Positions 13,301 through 26,840 of a DNA stretch of 63,876 nt are shown here, piece by piece. The position numbers were made by a program, and so were the translations under genes. The DNA comes from Geosiphon pyriformis uo1 (taxonomy: Eukaryota > Fungi > Glomeromycota). The first letter of the stretch is position 1, and each line of letters begins with the position of its first letter. The stretch is taken from positions 1,241,924 to 1,305,799 of the forward strand of contig JAAOMT010000009.1 in the NCBI GenBank assembly GCA_016748015.1, in the 5' to 3' direction. A model generated the notes under the pieces. That model had not been told where the DNA came from. It was given only the letters and a program-made list of their open reading frames with translations, and ran no database searches.

Positions 13301-16300
13301 TTCATCAAGGAGAGTTTTTCCACAAGCCAAGCATGGCTCATTATTCCATTTTCTAATTTGTTTTGGTTTTCCAAAGCATTCAATGAGACATGGACAGCAA
13401 TAAAACTTAGTTGCTGTCTGGTATTTCTTGTCGTCACCACAGCATGTGCCCATTAATGACAATTTCTTGCCACAATCAATGCATACTAGCTTTGGGTGGC
13501 AATAGTTAAATGGTTGTGATGAAGTATATGTGTATGAGATATAAGTGGCAGTGGTGGTTGATATTGGTTCTTCTTCTTTCCTTTTTCCTTTTTCTTTTGT
13601 ATTTTCTTTTTACTCCCAACTTATTAGCTCTTCCTGGTCATTGTTGGTTCTTCAGATTTGATCAGCATTCCAGATAAGTTTTTCTTTTTGTTTTTTCTTT
13701 CTATTGTTATCTCAAAAGGATATTGGTAGTAACTTGTTGTGGTCTTCTTCAGCTTATAAAACTTGATAGACTTCTTGAATAGGGTTTTTTTTTTTCCTCG
13801 AACTCGATGAGTGGTGCTGGCAGGTTGGTGGTCTTGAAATAACCACACATGACAGGTACTTGCATATGTTAGTCATTCTGATTAAGCTGTAGTTTCTGCA
13901 TGTTTTAGTCGAGCATGGCATTTGTTTTGACTAACCAGTTATTACCAACTAATGCTTAGTATTGTGTGACTTCCATCACTAAAACTTTGATAGAGGTAAT
14001 AATACTATTTACTTCAAAGAGAAAATCATCAATCTTGCCAATAGGAGTTTTGGTCATCCCATCAGCCATTATTATTCTGGCATTGGCAGCACAATCAATT
14101 CAGCAACCTAATTGGTTCATGAGTTGTCATGTAATGATACTGTCAGTTAATTCACTGTTTAGGATCAGTTTAATGTGCTGTCCATTAACTTTAGCATCTG
14201 TATATATCACAGTAATGGGTTTTGATTCTAGGGTGGTTCTACTGAATAGTGGCATTTTAATTGGTTCTTTGAATTCAAAAAAGAAGATAGCAGTAAGGGA
14301 TTTGTCTTTAGTAATAGTTGCTGGTAGGATATTGTTGGTAAGTGACTGCTTCTGTTTGGTTTCCAAGTTGTGAAGTGTGGCATCTTCTGGAGTTACCAGA
14401 AGACTTAAATAGTTCTGAGAACTCAGATTTTGGGTGTACTCGGTTCCTAAACTCCACTGGCATAATCCTGATGACTGGTTTGAAGAGCTGAGAATTGGTT
14501 GGTGGACAACCATTGCTGATTGCCAGTTTTGGATGGTCTTTAATCTGGGATTTCCTGATGTTATCTGAGCTGGTGGTGTTAAAATTGGTTGGGATTGATA
14601 TATTGCTTGAGGCTGTGGTTGATAGATAGGTTGGGGTTGCAGTTAATAAATTACTGGTGTTGTCAGCTGATAAATTGGTGTTTGATAAATTGGCTGTTGC
14701 ATTATAAGTAGGTAATTTGGTTGATATAGTTCTGGGTTTGATTGATAATTTGGAGTTTGAAATCTGTAATCAGGGTTTCAATATTGATTTCCCAATTATT
14801 GGTTATTAGTCTTAATCTACAGTCAATTTTCAAATGTTCTTGTTTACTACAGTAGTGGCAAACATGTGTCTCCTGTTGCCACTGTTGATTGGTCAAAGAT
14901 GATAAATGCAATTGATTCTGAAAATGATTTGCATTTTTTTGATTATTGCATTATTGTGGAGATTGATAAACTGCCTAATTGTTAATTAAGTATCCTTCTA
15001 ATTTTTTGTCAATAGAATTACTGAATTGTTTTAGCTTAGAATCTAATTCAGATGATTTGTTTATCACTAAACTGACAGCTTGAGCATGGTTAGCTTCAAG
15101 TTTGGCAAATTCAAAATCCTTTGCATTGGTAACTGCATTTTGGAGAGTTTGTGGGTGCATTAGACATATGCATTGGAGGATGCTACTATGCAGTCCACAG
15201 ATGAACTGGTTTAGAATCTGTGGTGCTGTAAAATAGTTAGCTTGGATTGCTTGAATTTGGCACAAGTTTCTGTAAAAATGTCTCAAGTAAGTAGTAACTG
15301 CTTCAGTTTCTCTTTGTATGATTGTGGTGAAGGTGTTGGCTAGACAATTAATACTGTTATTATTACTGAAATATCTCAAGAATTTAACTTTAAATTCTTA
15401 GAATGTTTGAGGTTTGACAACTAAACTTTGATACTATGAGTTGGTGGTATTTTATAAGAAATAAAAGATGGCTTGAAATGTCCTGACATCATTCTATCTG
15501 TTGGCTGTGATGGCTTTTTCCACATTGTTTAGCCACACTTGTGTGTTGTCCTTTTTGTTCATGAATTTTTTAAGTTTTACTATAAGGATGTAGGCTATTG
15601 GATCTATGTTTGATTGGTGCAATAGTTGAAGGAATAGTGATTGAGGTAGTATTGGTGGTTGTTGAATTTGTTCAGCAATCAAATTAATTGGTTGCTGATT
15701 GATAACGATTTCTAAAGGTAAGTTTTCTTGATTAATTAACTCGGAGTTCGGATTATTCGGAATTTGCTGGGTTTGAATATTTGGGGTTTTAACTTCCAGA
15801 TTTTCTGCGATCAGATTTTGATAATTAAATTCTTAATCTTTTTTTCCTTTTCTTCTAATGCTATTATCTCTCAAGGACTTGCAGTTTCAAAATCTGGTTG
15901 AGGTGGCAGTGATCAGAATCCTGATGGCATTGGAAATCGCAATTTAAATCCTTTAAAATAATTGCCATAAGTTCTTAATAATTCTACTTTTTTTATTTAC
16001 TTTGAAATAGGAGTTATCTAAATGTTGATATTACGTTTGATGTGATGTTAATGATACTACTGAATGTGTAATGGTATGATGAATATAATGAGGATTTAAT
16101 TCTTTGTTTCTTCTATGTTGGTAATTGTATTCTTTTTGGTGTTACTGCTGGTGTTTGTAATTTTTCTTTACTCTTATCTGTGTAGGTAATGAGAAATTGT
16201 TGTTAAGTGTATTTTTCAATTTCTTGATTAATTTCTCTAATAATTGGTGCAAAACTGTAATTCTATAATAAGCTGATATATTGGATTAATTCTGTATAAA

Positions 16301-16533
16301 AATTTTCTCTTGCTGATTTAATGTCAATTGGTCTTCCTAGAAAATCTGTGATTCTCTCATTAACATAAAAGTTGAAGGCTGATTCTGTTGGATAATGGTT
16401 GTTGGTTAAGCCCAATTGTTGACTGTACTGTTGAAATAAGGATTTGGTGAATCCTAAATAGTTTGTTCCTATGATTTCTGATTCTGCTACTTTTGGATGA
16501 TTGTTGATGATGCTGGTTTTCTGTAGGATTATA
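10380..16533 (-). pseudogene. G1 Gag-PR-Cys-rich-dUTPase-RT-RNaseH polyprotein, many stops
   Basis: Knuckle CHYCSKQEHLKIDC (~14820-14862); PR LILNSE (~14150); dUTPase remnant (~12210-12620); RT VMPFGLMNAPTTFQ and FLGH; RH ending NANRLSQIRQI*. Confidence 0.9.
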
Positions 16534-16550
16534 CCTCACAGAGAGCACCA
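16534..16550 (-). promoter_or_regulatory. G1 primer-binding site TGGTGCTCTCTGTGAGG
   Basis: Lies 2 nt inside the 5' LTR; complementary to a tRNA 3' end CCTCAC-AGAGAGC-A-CCA. Confidence 0.85.
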
Positions 16551-16552
16551 AA

Positions 16553-17395
16553 TGTTACAAATGAATAATTGGGGTCTCAAGTCAAATCAAACCCATAACT
16601 TGGTGCTTAATGTCTTGCTTAATATCAGTTGTTAAAGTGTTATGGATCTGAGAGTATTATTATCTAAAAGTTTTTTGTGAAGTTCTTTGTATAATGGACA
16701 AAAATTCAATAATTGTTTTCAGTAGTCTCCTGGAATCACAATTCTGTTGAATTTTTTTCTTAGTATGGTGGCCAGTAATCCTCCTGATAAGCTATTTTCA
16801 AATCTATGAGTGTTCTACTCTTGTTTTATGGGTTTTTACCAGTCCCTATGATATCTGTATGTTAGCGCTTAATCTTTTAATTAATTAGTAAATAACAACA
16901 AAGAAAAAAAAATAAAAATAAAAGAAATAAAAAATAAAAAATAAGCCAAGACAATAATAGTTAGTATCGCGTCAATAGCCATGATCAAGAGCTATTGTTC
17001 CAGTATGATTAAGTATCAATTACTATCAACACTTCATGTTGATAGTAGAAAGTAGATTTGAGATAAAGAATAATTATTTATTAATATTTGTGAGTTGGAA
17101 GATTGCTTAGATCAAATCTAAACTGAGAGGTCTGTTTTTTTCTATTTCTAATACTATGACTATATATACATAATTGAGATTTCTCAATTCCTCAATTTTT
17201 TACACCAGAAATTCTGTAATTCCTTTAAAAGAAATCTTGGAATTCTGGAATCCTGCAATTTCTTGTACAAGAATCCTGAAATTTCTGGAATCCTGTAATT
17301 CTTTTGAAAAAAATTTTGGAATTTTACATTTACTATGGTTACTTCTGATTGGCTAATTTATGCTAATATATACTTCCTATATTCTATAAATAACA
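16553..17395 (-). repeat. G1 5' LTR
   Basis: Direct repeat of 6176-7013; CCAAT box, GAATTC-rich subrepeats and TATA-like tract. Confidence 0.93.
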
Positions 17396-17399
17396 ATGT

Positions 17400-17863
17400 G
17401 TCAGATGATGCTATGAAGATTTCGTCTAAAATCTCATTGGAAACCACAAAGAGATTTGGTGTAACAATAGCAGAAGCAAGTAACTGCTTCCACTTTTCTA
17501 TACTTTTGGTTTTATTGACCATTTTTTTGAAGAGAAAGTACTAATAGCACCAGATGTTGAAGCTATAAAAGGAAATACTAGCTTGTTAACTGGTCTATTA
17601 TTAAATACTTTTGGGCTCTTAATAGGAGTGGAAACAATACTAGAACTAACCCAAGTGTGTCTCTTTGAGGAAACTTTAACTGGTAAAAAACCAGCCAAAA
17701 ATAAAAAAGTTGCTTCAGTAGCTACCAAAGGCAGTTTTTTATGATTACTAGATAAAGAAAAGGCTTTTACCACAGAGAGAGCTTCTCTAATTAAAATTTT
17801 ATTAGATATCTTAGGAAAAATATTAGGTGCAGTTTTTTTACTCTTTGCTTTAGTTGTGGTCAT
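17400..17863 (-). pseudogene. ORF1 of element B, 5' part
   Basis: MTTTKAKSKKTAPNIFP..., homologous to the element A N-terminus. Confidence 0.8.
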
Positions 17864-17984
17864 AAAATTAAGGAGACAAAGAGCTAAATTATTAAAATTA
17901 ATATCTTAAAAAAAAAGCTCTATATAATAAAAAATATTTGATTATTAATATTATTTTAAATGTTAAACTTTAAGATTATTTAAT

Positions 17985-19197
17985 TTTTTTTTTTTTTAAC
18001 AAGTGAGGTCCAAATGTAATCTAGTGCTTTACATTATACAAACAATCTAAACTAGGAGTGAATCATGTACTTTTTACACGTGACCAGCCACTCGGACCAG
18101 TCAGGACTACACTATATACTTATATGCACAGAAACCAAATCTCCAATACCTAAAAAAAATGGGCAAAACTTATAAAACCCGAAACCAACTCCAAAAGCCT
18201 CAGCCACACCTAGCAATCTAACCACACCAGCTGAAAAAACCATAGACAAACCAGAAACCGAAGCAGGAGTGGAGCCGTCATGTGGAATTAAACTGTGTTT
18301 TTCTATAAACACCCGGTGCCTAGTGTGGACCAACCAAATGTCATCCCAAAATGCAAGACAGAACCCACATACAAAATTCACAATTTTACTAGCTCCAACC
18401 TCAGAATCCTTGAAAACCAAGACAGATTCATGATACTAATTGTTGAAAACAAGGCCCTTATACAGAGCAGCACCAACCCCAACCTTAGAAACACAGGAAT
18501 TCAACAGCTGCAAGACACATGAAGAAAACCAAAACAGACCAGAAAGAGCCATCCAAGCTGAAGCATGAACGTCCAATAATTGGACACAACTAGTGATGTC
18601 ATGAGAACAAGAAAAAACATGATCCGAGATCTCAACATCACCACAATACAAACACATTACACTGGGGTACCCCCTATTATACAAATGCTTATGCACAGCA
18701 ACTGGGAGCCGACGATGAAAGGCCTTCATAAAGTAAGTCTGGAAGCCAGCCGTACGCACACTAGTGAAACCAGCAGCCAAGTGAGAATTGGGGTGCCACA
18801 CCAGGGAAGACTTGGACCAATTAATATCAGCACACAAACCATCTGCCACAACCCAAGAGCCAGATTCAACCTCCCAGCGAGCATAATGAACCAAACAGAA
18901 AACATCATAAACAAAGTGTCTAGAATTACCAGAAATCACAGTACCACCTATCTTCAGAAAACGTTTGCTGACCAAATGAAACAGGCGACAAGTAGAAAAA
19001 GCGGTCTCCTTAGCAAGTGCATCAACATGTTCATTGTCCGGGATGCCTAAATGACCCTTAACTTTAATTCAATTTACTTTCAAATTCTTGCAATGAATGA
19101 CATTAGCTATGTGACAGCACTCAATCCAACAATAGTTCCTAAAATCCAGATAAACCAACAAAGACTCTGACTTGCACGCATCCACAGCAGCTTGGCT
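17985..19197 (-). mobile_element. Element D: 5'-truncated LINE (end of RNase H, CCHC domain, 3' UTR, polyA)
   Basis: CLYCGDVEISDHVFSC; homologous to 41050-42260; 9-bp TSD TTATTTAAT at 17976-17984 and 19198-19206. Confidence 0.9.
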
Positions 19198-19518
19198 TTA
19201 TTTAATAATTTATTATAAAATATATTTGTTTTATTTTTTAATACTTTTATTTAAACTTTTAATGATTTATAAAGTTTTTAAAATCCATATAATTAGTTTA
19301 AAATTATTTATATAATAATTATTATTACTCTTCTGATTTTTTGAATTTTTATTGTTTTTAATTTTATTTTAATTTTAATTTAGTTATTTTAGAATTTTAA
19401 ATTGCTAATTTATCTTTGTTAATTAATTTTTAATTTGTTTAATTACATTTTTATTATTAATATTATCAATTATAAATTATAAAATAAAATTTTTTTTTTG
19501 TTTTAAATTATAATATTA
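19198..19518. repeat. Left IR arm, innermost segment (together with 17888-17984)
   Basis: Reverse complement of about 33677-33995; 17888-17984 matches about 33988-34085. Confidence 0.85.
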
Positions 19519-19520
19519 AT

Positions 19521-21005
19521 GTTTTTTTTCTTATTTATTAGATATTTAATAAGTATGATCTAATTACTATTTAGAAATTAAAAACAATCTAAGTATTATA
19601 ATACTAAATAAAATTAATATACTTTCTATATATAACCAGCTATTTGAGTTAGTTTAGGCTGTACTATATTGAAACTTTAAAAGAAAACTTATCTAAAAAA
19701 GACATTTTTTAAACAATTTTAAACAGAATAATACTATTAGAAACTAATTCAACTAATTAATTAGCTGTTTTAAAATATTAATTTTAATATTAGCAGATTT
19801 ATGTTTCCAAAGTAATAACAAATTAGAAAACATATTATTATTAATAGTAAATAAACTTACATAACAATTAAATATATTAATATTATTATAGTCACACTTA
19901 ACTTTTAATGTAATTATTTTTTGCTTTAATCTATCAACAGTCTTGCTAAAAGCTCTTATATATACTAAAATTTTATTAATTTTAAAACTAAGAATACTGC
20001 TTAAAATAAAGTTTTTCTTAATAAATTATTCAAAAACAATAACCAAAAAACCAACAAATCCAATAATAGATCTAATTAATGTAATTAATTTAGCCAAATC
20101 AGTTTTTAAAAAAATCAACCACAAGAAAACCAAAAGATTATTAACAATTACAGAAAAAAAAACAAAAATTATTAAAAATAAAAATTTAAAAGAACTCAAA
20201 AAAGCAGAAGCTTTGGCATAAAACTTAGTACTTACAAATATAGTGTAAATACAGTACTTTGAAAACCTTTAAAAAAAAGATAAAAATATCTTATAATTCA
20301 TAATCAGATGACCTATTTTTTAATACTTAAAATAGCACTAATAACCAGAAGTTTTTACCAAATATGACACTTTTTTAATATACTAATTTTGATTATTACA
20401 GCATCTAAATCAGTTTAAGATCCAAATATAATCAAACCAAATTAGAAACAATAACCAGAATTAAGAAAATAAAAAATAAAACACATCTAACCACTAATCT
20501 GAAAAATTATATTATTAATCTTAAAGACAGTACAACCAAAAAAAAGATTAATTAACTTGACTTTAAACTTATCATAAAACAAAATAGTCTTATTTTGATT
20601 TATCAAAAAAAGAATTTTAATACTATTTTTACTTACTAATACTAATTAGTAATTAAAAACAGATACAGCAGTATTCAGTTTTTTGAAATAAACAATAATA
20701 TATTATTAAACACTAACAGGTTTTAGCATAATATAGATGATCTTATTAAATTTACTAAATATTGTTTTAATATTAGCAGCAAATACACTTAAAAATATAT
20801 TACACAATACAATAACAGCAGAAGAAAAACCAGTTTCAGAAATTACCAAAAACTTGGCAATTTTAAAAATAGTTAGATAAACAAAACTTATAAATTTAAT
20901 CAAAAAAACAGGTTCTAAAAATCTTTGAAAAGCAAATTCTACACAAAAAATTTTTCTATTGTTTTTTAATACTGATTTTAACTTTTTGAAGATAAAACTA
21001 TAACA
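19521..21005 (-). mobile_element. Element C: heavily eroded, 5'-broken ORF1-only element
   Basis: Colinear with element B from 4433 to about 5870 (FCVEFAFQRFLEPVFL vs FCVEFASQVFLKAVFL); same 3' UTR and A tail. Confidence 0.75.
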
Positions 21006-21009
21006 ACAA

Positions 21010-24000
21010 AACAAAATTCTTTTAATAAAAATTATATAATTTTATCAGCTAAAATTGTTAAAAATATTAATTTCTCTAATATCTTTTCTTTTAAATTTAA
21101 AATAAACAAATTATCATTCTTGTTTAGCAATACAGTAATTATAAAATAAAAAGCAATTATTATTATATACACTAAAACTGAAGTAAAAAGAAAACAAATA
21201 TACTTAATTTTAGATAATAAATTAACCAAAAATATTATTATTTACTAATTAATACAATAACTTAATCATAATGTTAACAGACTAGTTCAAACTGTTATTA
21301 TTATAGCAAATAATATAAAAAAAATATCAGTTGAAAAAATTAACAATTTTTTTTTTACAATTATTAAAATTACCACTTCAGTAAAAGTATTAATTATAAA
21401 TGTACTTTAATACTAAGTTTTTGTTAGAAATAATTAGCTTTTTAAAGCCAATACAAATTTAGATTAAAAAAAACCAAGAATTAAAGATTTCATATCAAAA
21501 ATGATACACTAAAGTACTTGTACTTGTAATATTTTTAACAAATAATTTGGAAAAACTCTAGTATTTGAATTTAAAAAAAAAACCAATTACCAAAACTTAT
21601 ATGGCTTTTAGATCAACATTTAATTAGACTAAAAAAACAAAACAACTATTCAAAACATTTACATTACAGCCAATATTATTATAGTCTGAAGAAACCAGTC
21701 AACAACTTACTTTTACAATTAATTAATAATTAATATGTTCTATATTTAAAACTAGAACCAAAAAAACAATTATCTTATATTCTACTTAAATACAAAAACT
21801 ACAACAAAAAACTTTTATCTATAAAAATTTACATATTATCTAAAAAAGAATATAAAACTTGTATCTGCTATTACTGCAAGATCTGTTACCAAGAATAATT
21901 TAACAATCTAAAACAAAGTAGAAAATAAGATAACATATTCTGTTTTATATGCAAAAAATTGTTACCAGAAAAATACAACTGAATTAATGTTGCAATAAGA
22001 AAAAAAATATATAATTATCTGTTAATATATTTTGTTAATTTCCAAAAAAGTCAGAAGAAAAATACTTTTTAACACAGTATACAACAGTATCTTTAACAAA
22101 CTTTACTATTATCTACATAATACTAAAATAATTTATAAACTAGTCATGCTTTTGATTAATAAAAAAACTCAAAAAAATATTAGACAAATAAAAAAATCTA
22201 AATATATTGCATATACTTTCAAAATTACTGGATATAATTATGAAAATAAAATAAAAACATATTATTAAATTATAAATTATGTTTATTTAACCAAAAAAGC
22301 TTAAATTTAATAATTAAAACAAATAAATATTTAAATATATAAAGAATATATTATGTCTTGTAATAACCAATAGTGTTCAAAATGTTATGTATTTAGTATT
22401 TTTTTGTCCAATAAAAATGACAAGTATAAAATCAAATTTAGAGGATTTAAACTTAAAGAAAAAATTGCAATTATACTAATTTATTTAATTAAAAATCACT
22501 CTGCTATATAGCTTAGATACTTTAATAACAATAGTTAAAGAATAAAACCAGAAAAAACTTGCAAAATTGATATAAAATATAACTTATAATATTTTAAAAA
22601 AAATACTTTAATCTTTTAATCAAAGTTTCTAACAAAAATCAATTTAAAAATTGCTTTCAAAATTCTATTAAAAACAATAATACAAATTGTTTTTTAATTA
22701 TTAACAAGCAAAAAAATTAATATTAGAAAAAAAGTTATAGATACAAAATACACCAAAAATATTATAATTATATTATAAAATAAAACAAACAAATTTTTTA
22801 AGATTAAACATGCTGAAAAAATTGTTTAAGCTATTTATCTATTTTTAATCAATATTTTGGGTTTGCAATTAGTAAAAAATAGAGAACAACTAGACAAAAG
22901 TAATAGAAAAATACAAAGTTTTGATTTAATTAAACAATTTACAGTCCCAGTAAATATGACTCTTAATATACAGAATAAATCTTATCAGATTTTTTAACTT
23001 TTTCAACCAATTATTATTTTACTTTTTAAAAAACATTATAAAATCTATTACTATACAATAAATCTTTAAATCAAATAAACAAATTTATACAAAATACGAA
23101 ATTGTAATTCTAAATATTTATATTCTTAAGAGAATAAAAAAGTTTTGAGTTATATTTTATAATCCCAATAATTATCTAATTGTTTTATTAAATAATTTAA
23201 AAATTGAAATTATATATAATAATATTTTCTAAGATAAAATCTCTTAAATTGTTTTTAATTTCATAAAAATTGTAAGACATATATTTTTTTTCAACCTAAT
23301 TATTATTTTTATTACTAAAAACTACTATTTTATCAAAAAAATTATTATAAATTAACATGAATTCACTAAAATTATTACAATAAAAACAACTTAAATAGAT
23401 TATTACTAAATACATTAATATTTTTGCCAAAGACAATAATAATTTAAGAAAAATTAATATTATTTAATATTAAATTTATACAAAAAATGCTTTATAAAAA
23501 CAGCAATAAACATATCAAATTTCACTTGTTAGCCATCAAATTATCAAAAAAAAAGTTCAATAAATGCTTAATAATAGTTTTATCTAATCATCAAAAAGTC
23601 TTTGGGCTTTACTAATAATTTTAATCAAAAAATTTGATTTTGTGTTAATTATTAATAATTGAATAGTATTACAATTAAAGATATATACTTCTTATTTAAA
23701 ATTAATAACGTGCTAAACACTCTAAAAAAAGCCAAGTATTTTTTAACTTTAGACTTAGAAAACAGATATTGACAAATTAAAATAGATTTCAAAAATCAAT
23801 TTAAAACAGTTTTTACCATTCAAAGAGAAAACTATAAGTTTAATGTAATGCTTTTTGGACTTTACAATATATTAACAATATTTTAGCAACTTATAAATAT
23901 TGTATATAAAGAATTTTTATAACAATTAATAGTTATACTTGAATAATATTAATATTTATTTTCTAATTTTTAAAGCTTATTTAATTTACTTATAAAAAGT

Positions 24001-26754
24001 TTTTAATAATTATAAAAACCAAAATTAAAGTTAAATATTGTTAAATATTATTTTAAAAACACAATTTTGGTCTTTTTTGGTTATATTGTTAACAAAAATA
24101 AAATAAAACTCAATTTTGAAAAAATCAATACTATATAAAACTTAAAAGTTCTCCAAAATATTATTAAACTAAAAAGATCTATTAAATTAGTCTTTTACTA
24201 TCAGAAATTTATCAAAAAATTTTCAGAAATTGCCAAACCACTCAACTATTTAACCAACAAAAAAGTTAAATATCATTAAATCTTTATCCAATAAAAGACT
24301 TTTAATATTTTAAAAAAAAACTAACAACAGTCTCAATTTTTGTATATTTTAATTTTAATAAATGATTCCAGTTAGTTACTGATGTTTCATACATAGTATT
24401 TGGTATTATTTTATTACAATTAAATAACAATAACAATAAATAAGTTATTGTTTATGTCAATAGAACTTTTAAATTCACAAAAATAAAATATAAATCTATT
24501 AAATTAGAAGCAGCAGCTATTATTTAGATTTTTAAATACTTTTAACAATATTTATAAGAAAAAAAAAGTTTAATATCATCACTAACAATAATGGTCTTAA
24601 ATGATTTAACAAAAAAAATTCAGAACTTAATACAAAACAATTTCAATAGACTGATTTTCTAACTAATTACAAATATATTGTTTATTACAAACCAAAAAAA
24701 TTACATACCAATATAGATAGTCTTTTAAAAATAAGGCAAGATTAAAATTAATACAACAACTTATCAATTTAACAATAACAATTAACAACCAATAAATTTT
24801 AAAAACTACAATATTAAAAACTATATGGAAACTTTTATTATGTAAAAAAATTGGTTTCTAAGCAAAAAACACCAATTATAACACTAATCAAAACAATATT
24901 TTTGTTATTACAACAAAATTTATTATCAAAATCGTAGAAAATCAACAGACCTATTTAGATTAGTACAAGAAAACAAAAAAAACTATCTTTTACAATATAT
25001 ACATAGACTTATTATCAGCATACTTAGAAAAAATAATACAATTCAAAGAATACTTGAACATTATTTTTGGTCTCATATGTAAAAAAATATTTAATAATAT
25101 ATAAAATTATGTAATAATTGTCAAAAAAGAGGAAAAACTTATTCACAAAATCTTTAAATTTAATTAAAGTTAAACAATTTTTCAATAGAATTGATATTAA
25201 TTTAGTTAAATTACTATTTATTACAACCCAAAAAAACTATTATATTGCAGTTATAGTAAATTATCTTACTAAATGATTTAAAACCAGAGTTATCCAAAAA
25301 ACAGATGCAAAATTAGTAGCAAATTTTATTTATAAAAACATTATCTGCAGATATAAATGTCTAATCAAACTTTTATTTAATCAAAAAACACATTTTGTAA
25401 ACAACTTAATACAAAAAATTTATAAATAATTTAACATTAAAAAACTTTTATTATTATTTTATTATCCATAAACAAATAGACTTGTAGGACAATTTAACTA
25501 AATACTATGTGAATTATTAGCCAAAATCTTAACCAATTTTGAGTAAAAATAAAATATTTTTATTTCATTAATATTACTAGTATATAAAACATTAAAACAA
25601 AATACAACAAAATACACACTATTTAATTTGATCTATAAAAAAACAGCAGTATTACCAATAAATTTTACCATAAAAACATATTTAATACAACTGATTACAG
25701 AAGAAAACTTCTCAAAAACACTCTAATAAAGAGCTTATATATTTTTTAGCATATTGAAAAGAAAATAACAAATTAGAACAACTTATATTAAATACTTTTA
25801 AGTACAACAAAAAAAACAGCATAATAACAAATTGGCATTTATTATTAACAAATTTAAAATTGAAAATAAAGTTTTTTTATACAAAACCAAGATTAAAAAA
25901 CAATAGAGTGAAAAATTTAACCATAAATAGGTAAACTATTCTATATTTATGAAGTTTTAAACAATAAATTATGTAAGTTAAAAAAAAACTACAGTTTTAA
26001 TAGTAAATAATTTTCAGAATTATTACTTTTATAAAAGAAATACAAAAAGTTATTTTAGAATTTAATTACCAGAATTTTTAAAGCAAGCTTTAAAAAAAAC
26101 TTATTGTTTACTCTTATAAATATTTCTTTAAATATTATAATACAACAAAAATTTCAACTGTATTTTAATAAAAACAGTAAATATATTTCTATTTATTAAT
26201 ATTTTTAAATTAAAAAAACACTGTACTAATAGAAACTAGAACTTAATACAACTAATTTTACTTTTGAAGCCATTCAAAAACAAATACACTACAAATACAA
26301 AACAGCAGCTGAATTAATAAATACATGTTATAAACTCTAAGTAGTTTTTAGACTTTATAACTTATTTAATACTTGCAAAAACGTCCTATAAAATCTAATA
26401 CTTTAATTAATAAAAATACAATATATTAACAAGCTTACAAAACTGAAATTTCAACAATTTTTAGACCAAATTACTTTGATAATACTGAATTACTATCTAG
26501 ATATTACAAATAGTACTTGGATTTTAACAGAATTCAGTCTTAAGAAAAAAATTATATTATTAGTAAAAATTTGAAACATAATTTAGCATAAAATTATTCT
26601 TATAATTTCTATTATTAATTAATATATATTATTATTTTAATTTATTACTTATTATTTTAGCTAATAGTTTAAATTACTATCTAATTAATATTTTAATTAA
26701 AATAATACATAAATTGTAATAATTAAATTATACAATACTTCAAACTCTGTAACA
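21010..26754 (+). mobile_element. G2: strongly eroded, 5'-truncated Ty3/gypsy element
   Basis: Remnants of PR (YLILDN), Cys-rich region, dUTPase (VIDTKYTK), RT (FNVMLFGL), RH ending KIRQD* at 24745, IN (IDINLVKLL..YLTK) and ORF3-like QYINKLTKLKFQQFLDQI; possible short 3' LTR ~26554-26754 ending TGTAACA. Confidence 0.8.
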
Positions 26755-26840
26755 TTTAAGAATTTGCTAAAATTTGTAGAATTTTGTAAATTAATTTAAT
26801 AATTTACCAAAATAATTCATAATTTATAGAAACAACTTGT

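Larger units (their letters stand above)
6176..17395 (-). mobile_element. G1: full-length decayed Ty3/gypsy LTR retrotransposon
   Basis: Paired LTRs of about 840 bp (TGTTA...TAACA); 4-bp TSD ATGT at 6172-6175 and 17396-17399; PBS; PPT; gag, PR, dUTPase, RT, RH, IN in gypsy order. Confidence 0.95.
4433..17887 (-). mobile_element. Element B: full-length ORF1-only non-LTR element (about 2.2 kb net), interrupted by LTR element G1
   Basis: 12-bp TSD ATTATTAAAATT at 4421-4432 and 17888-17899; polyA tail at 4433-4439; same 5' start as element A; colinear with A across the G1 insertion. Confidence 0.85.
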
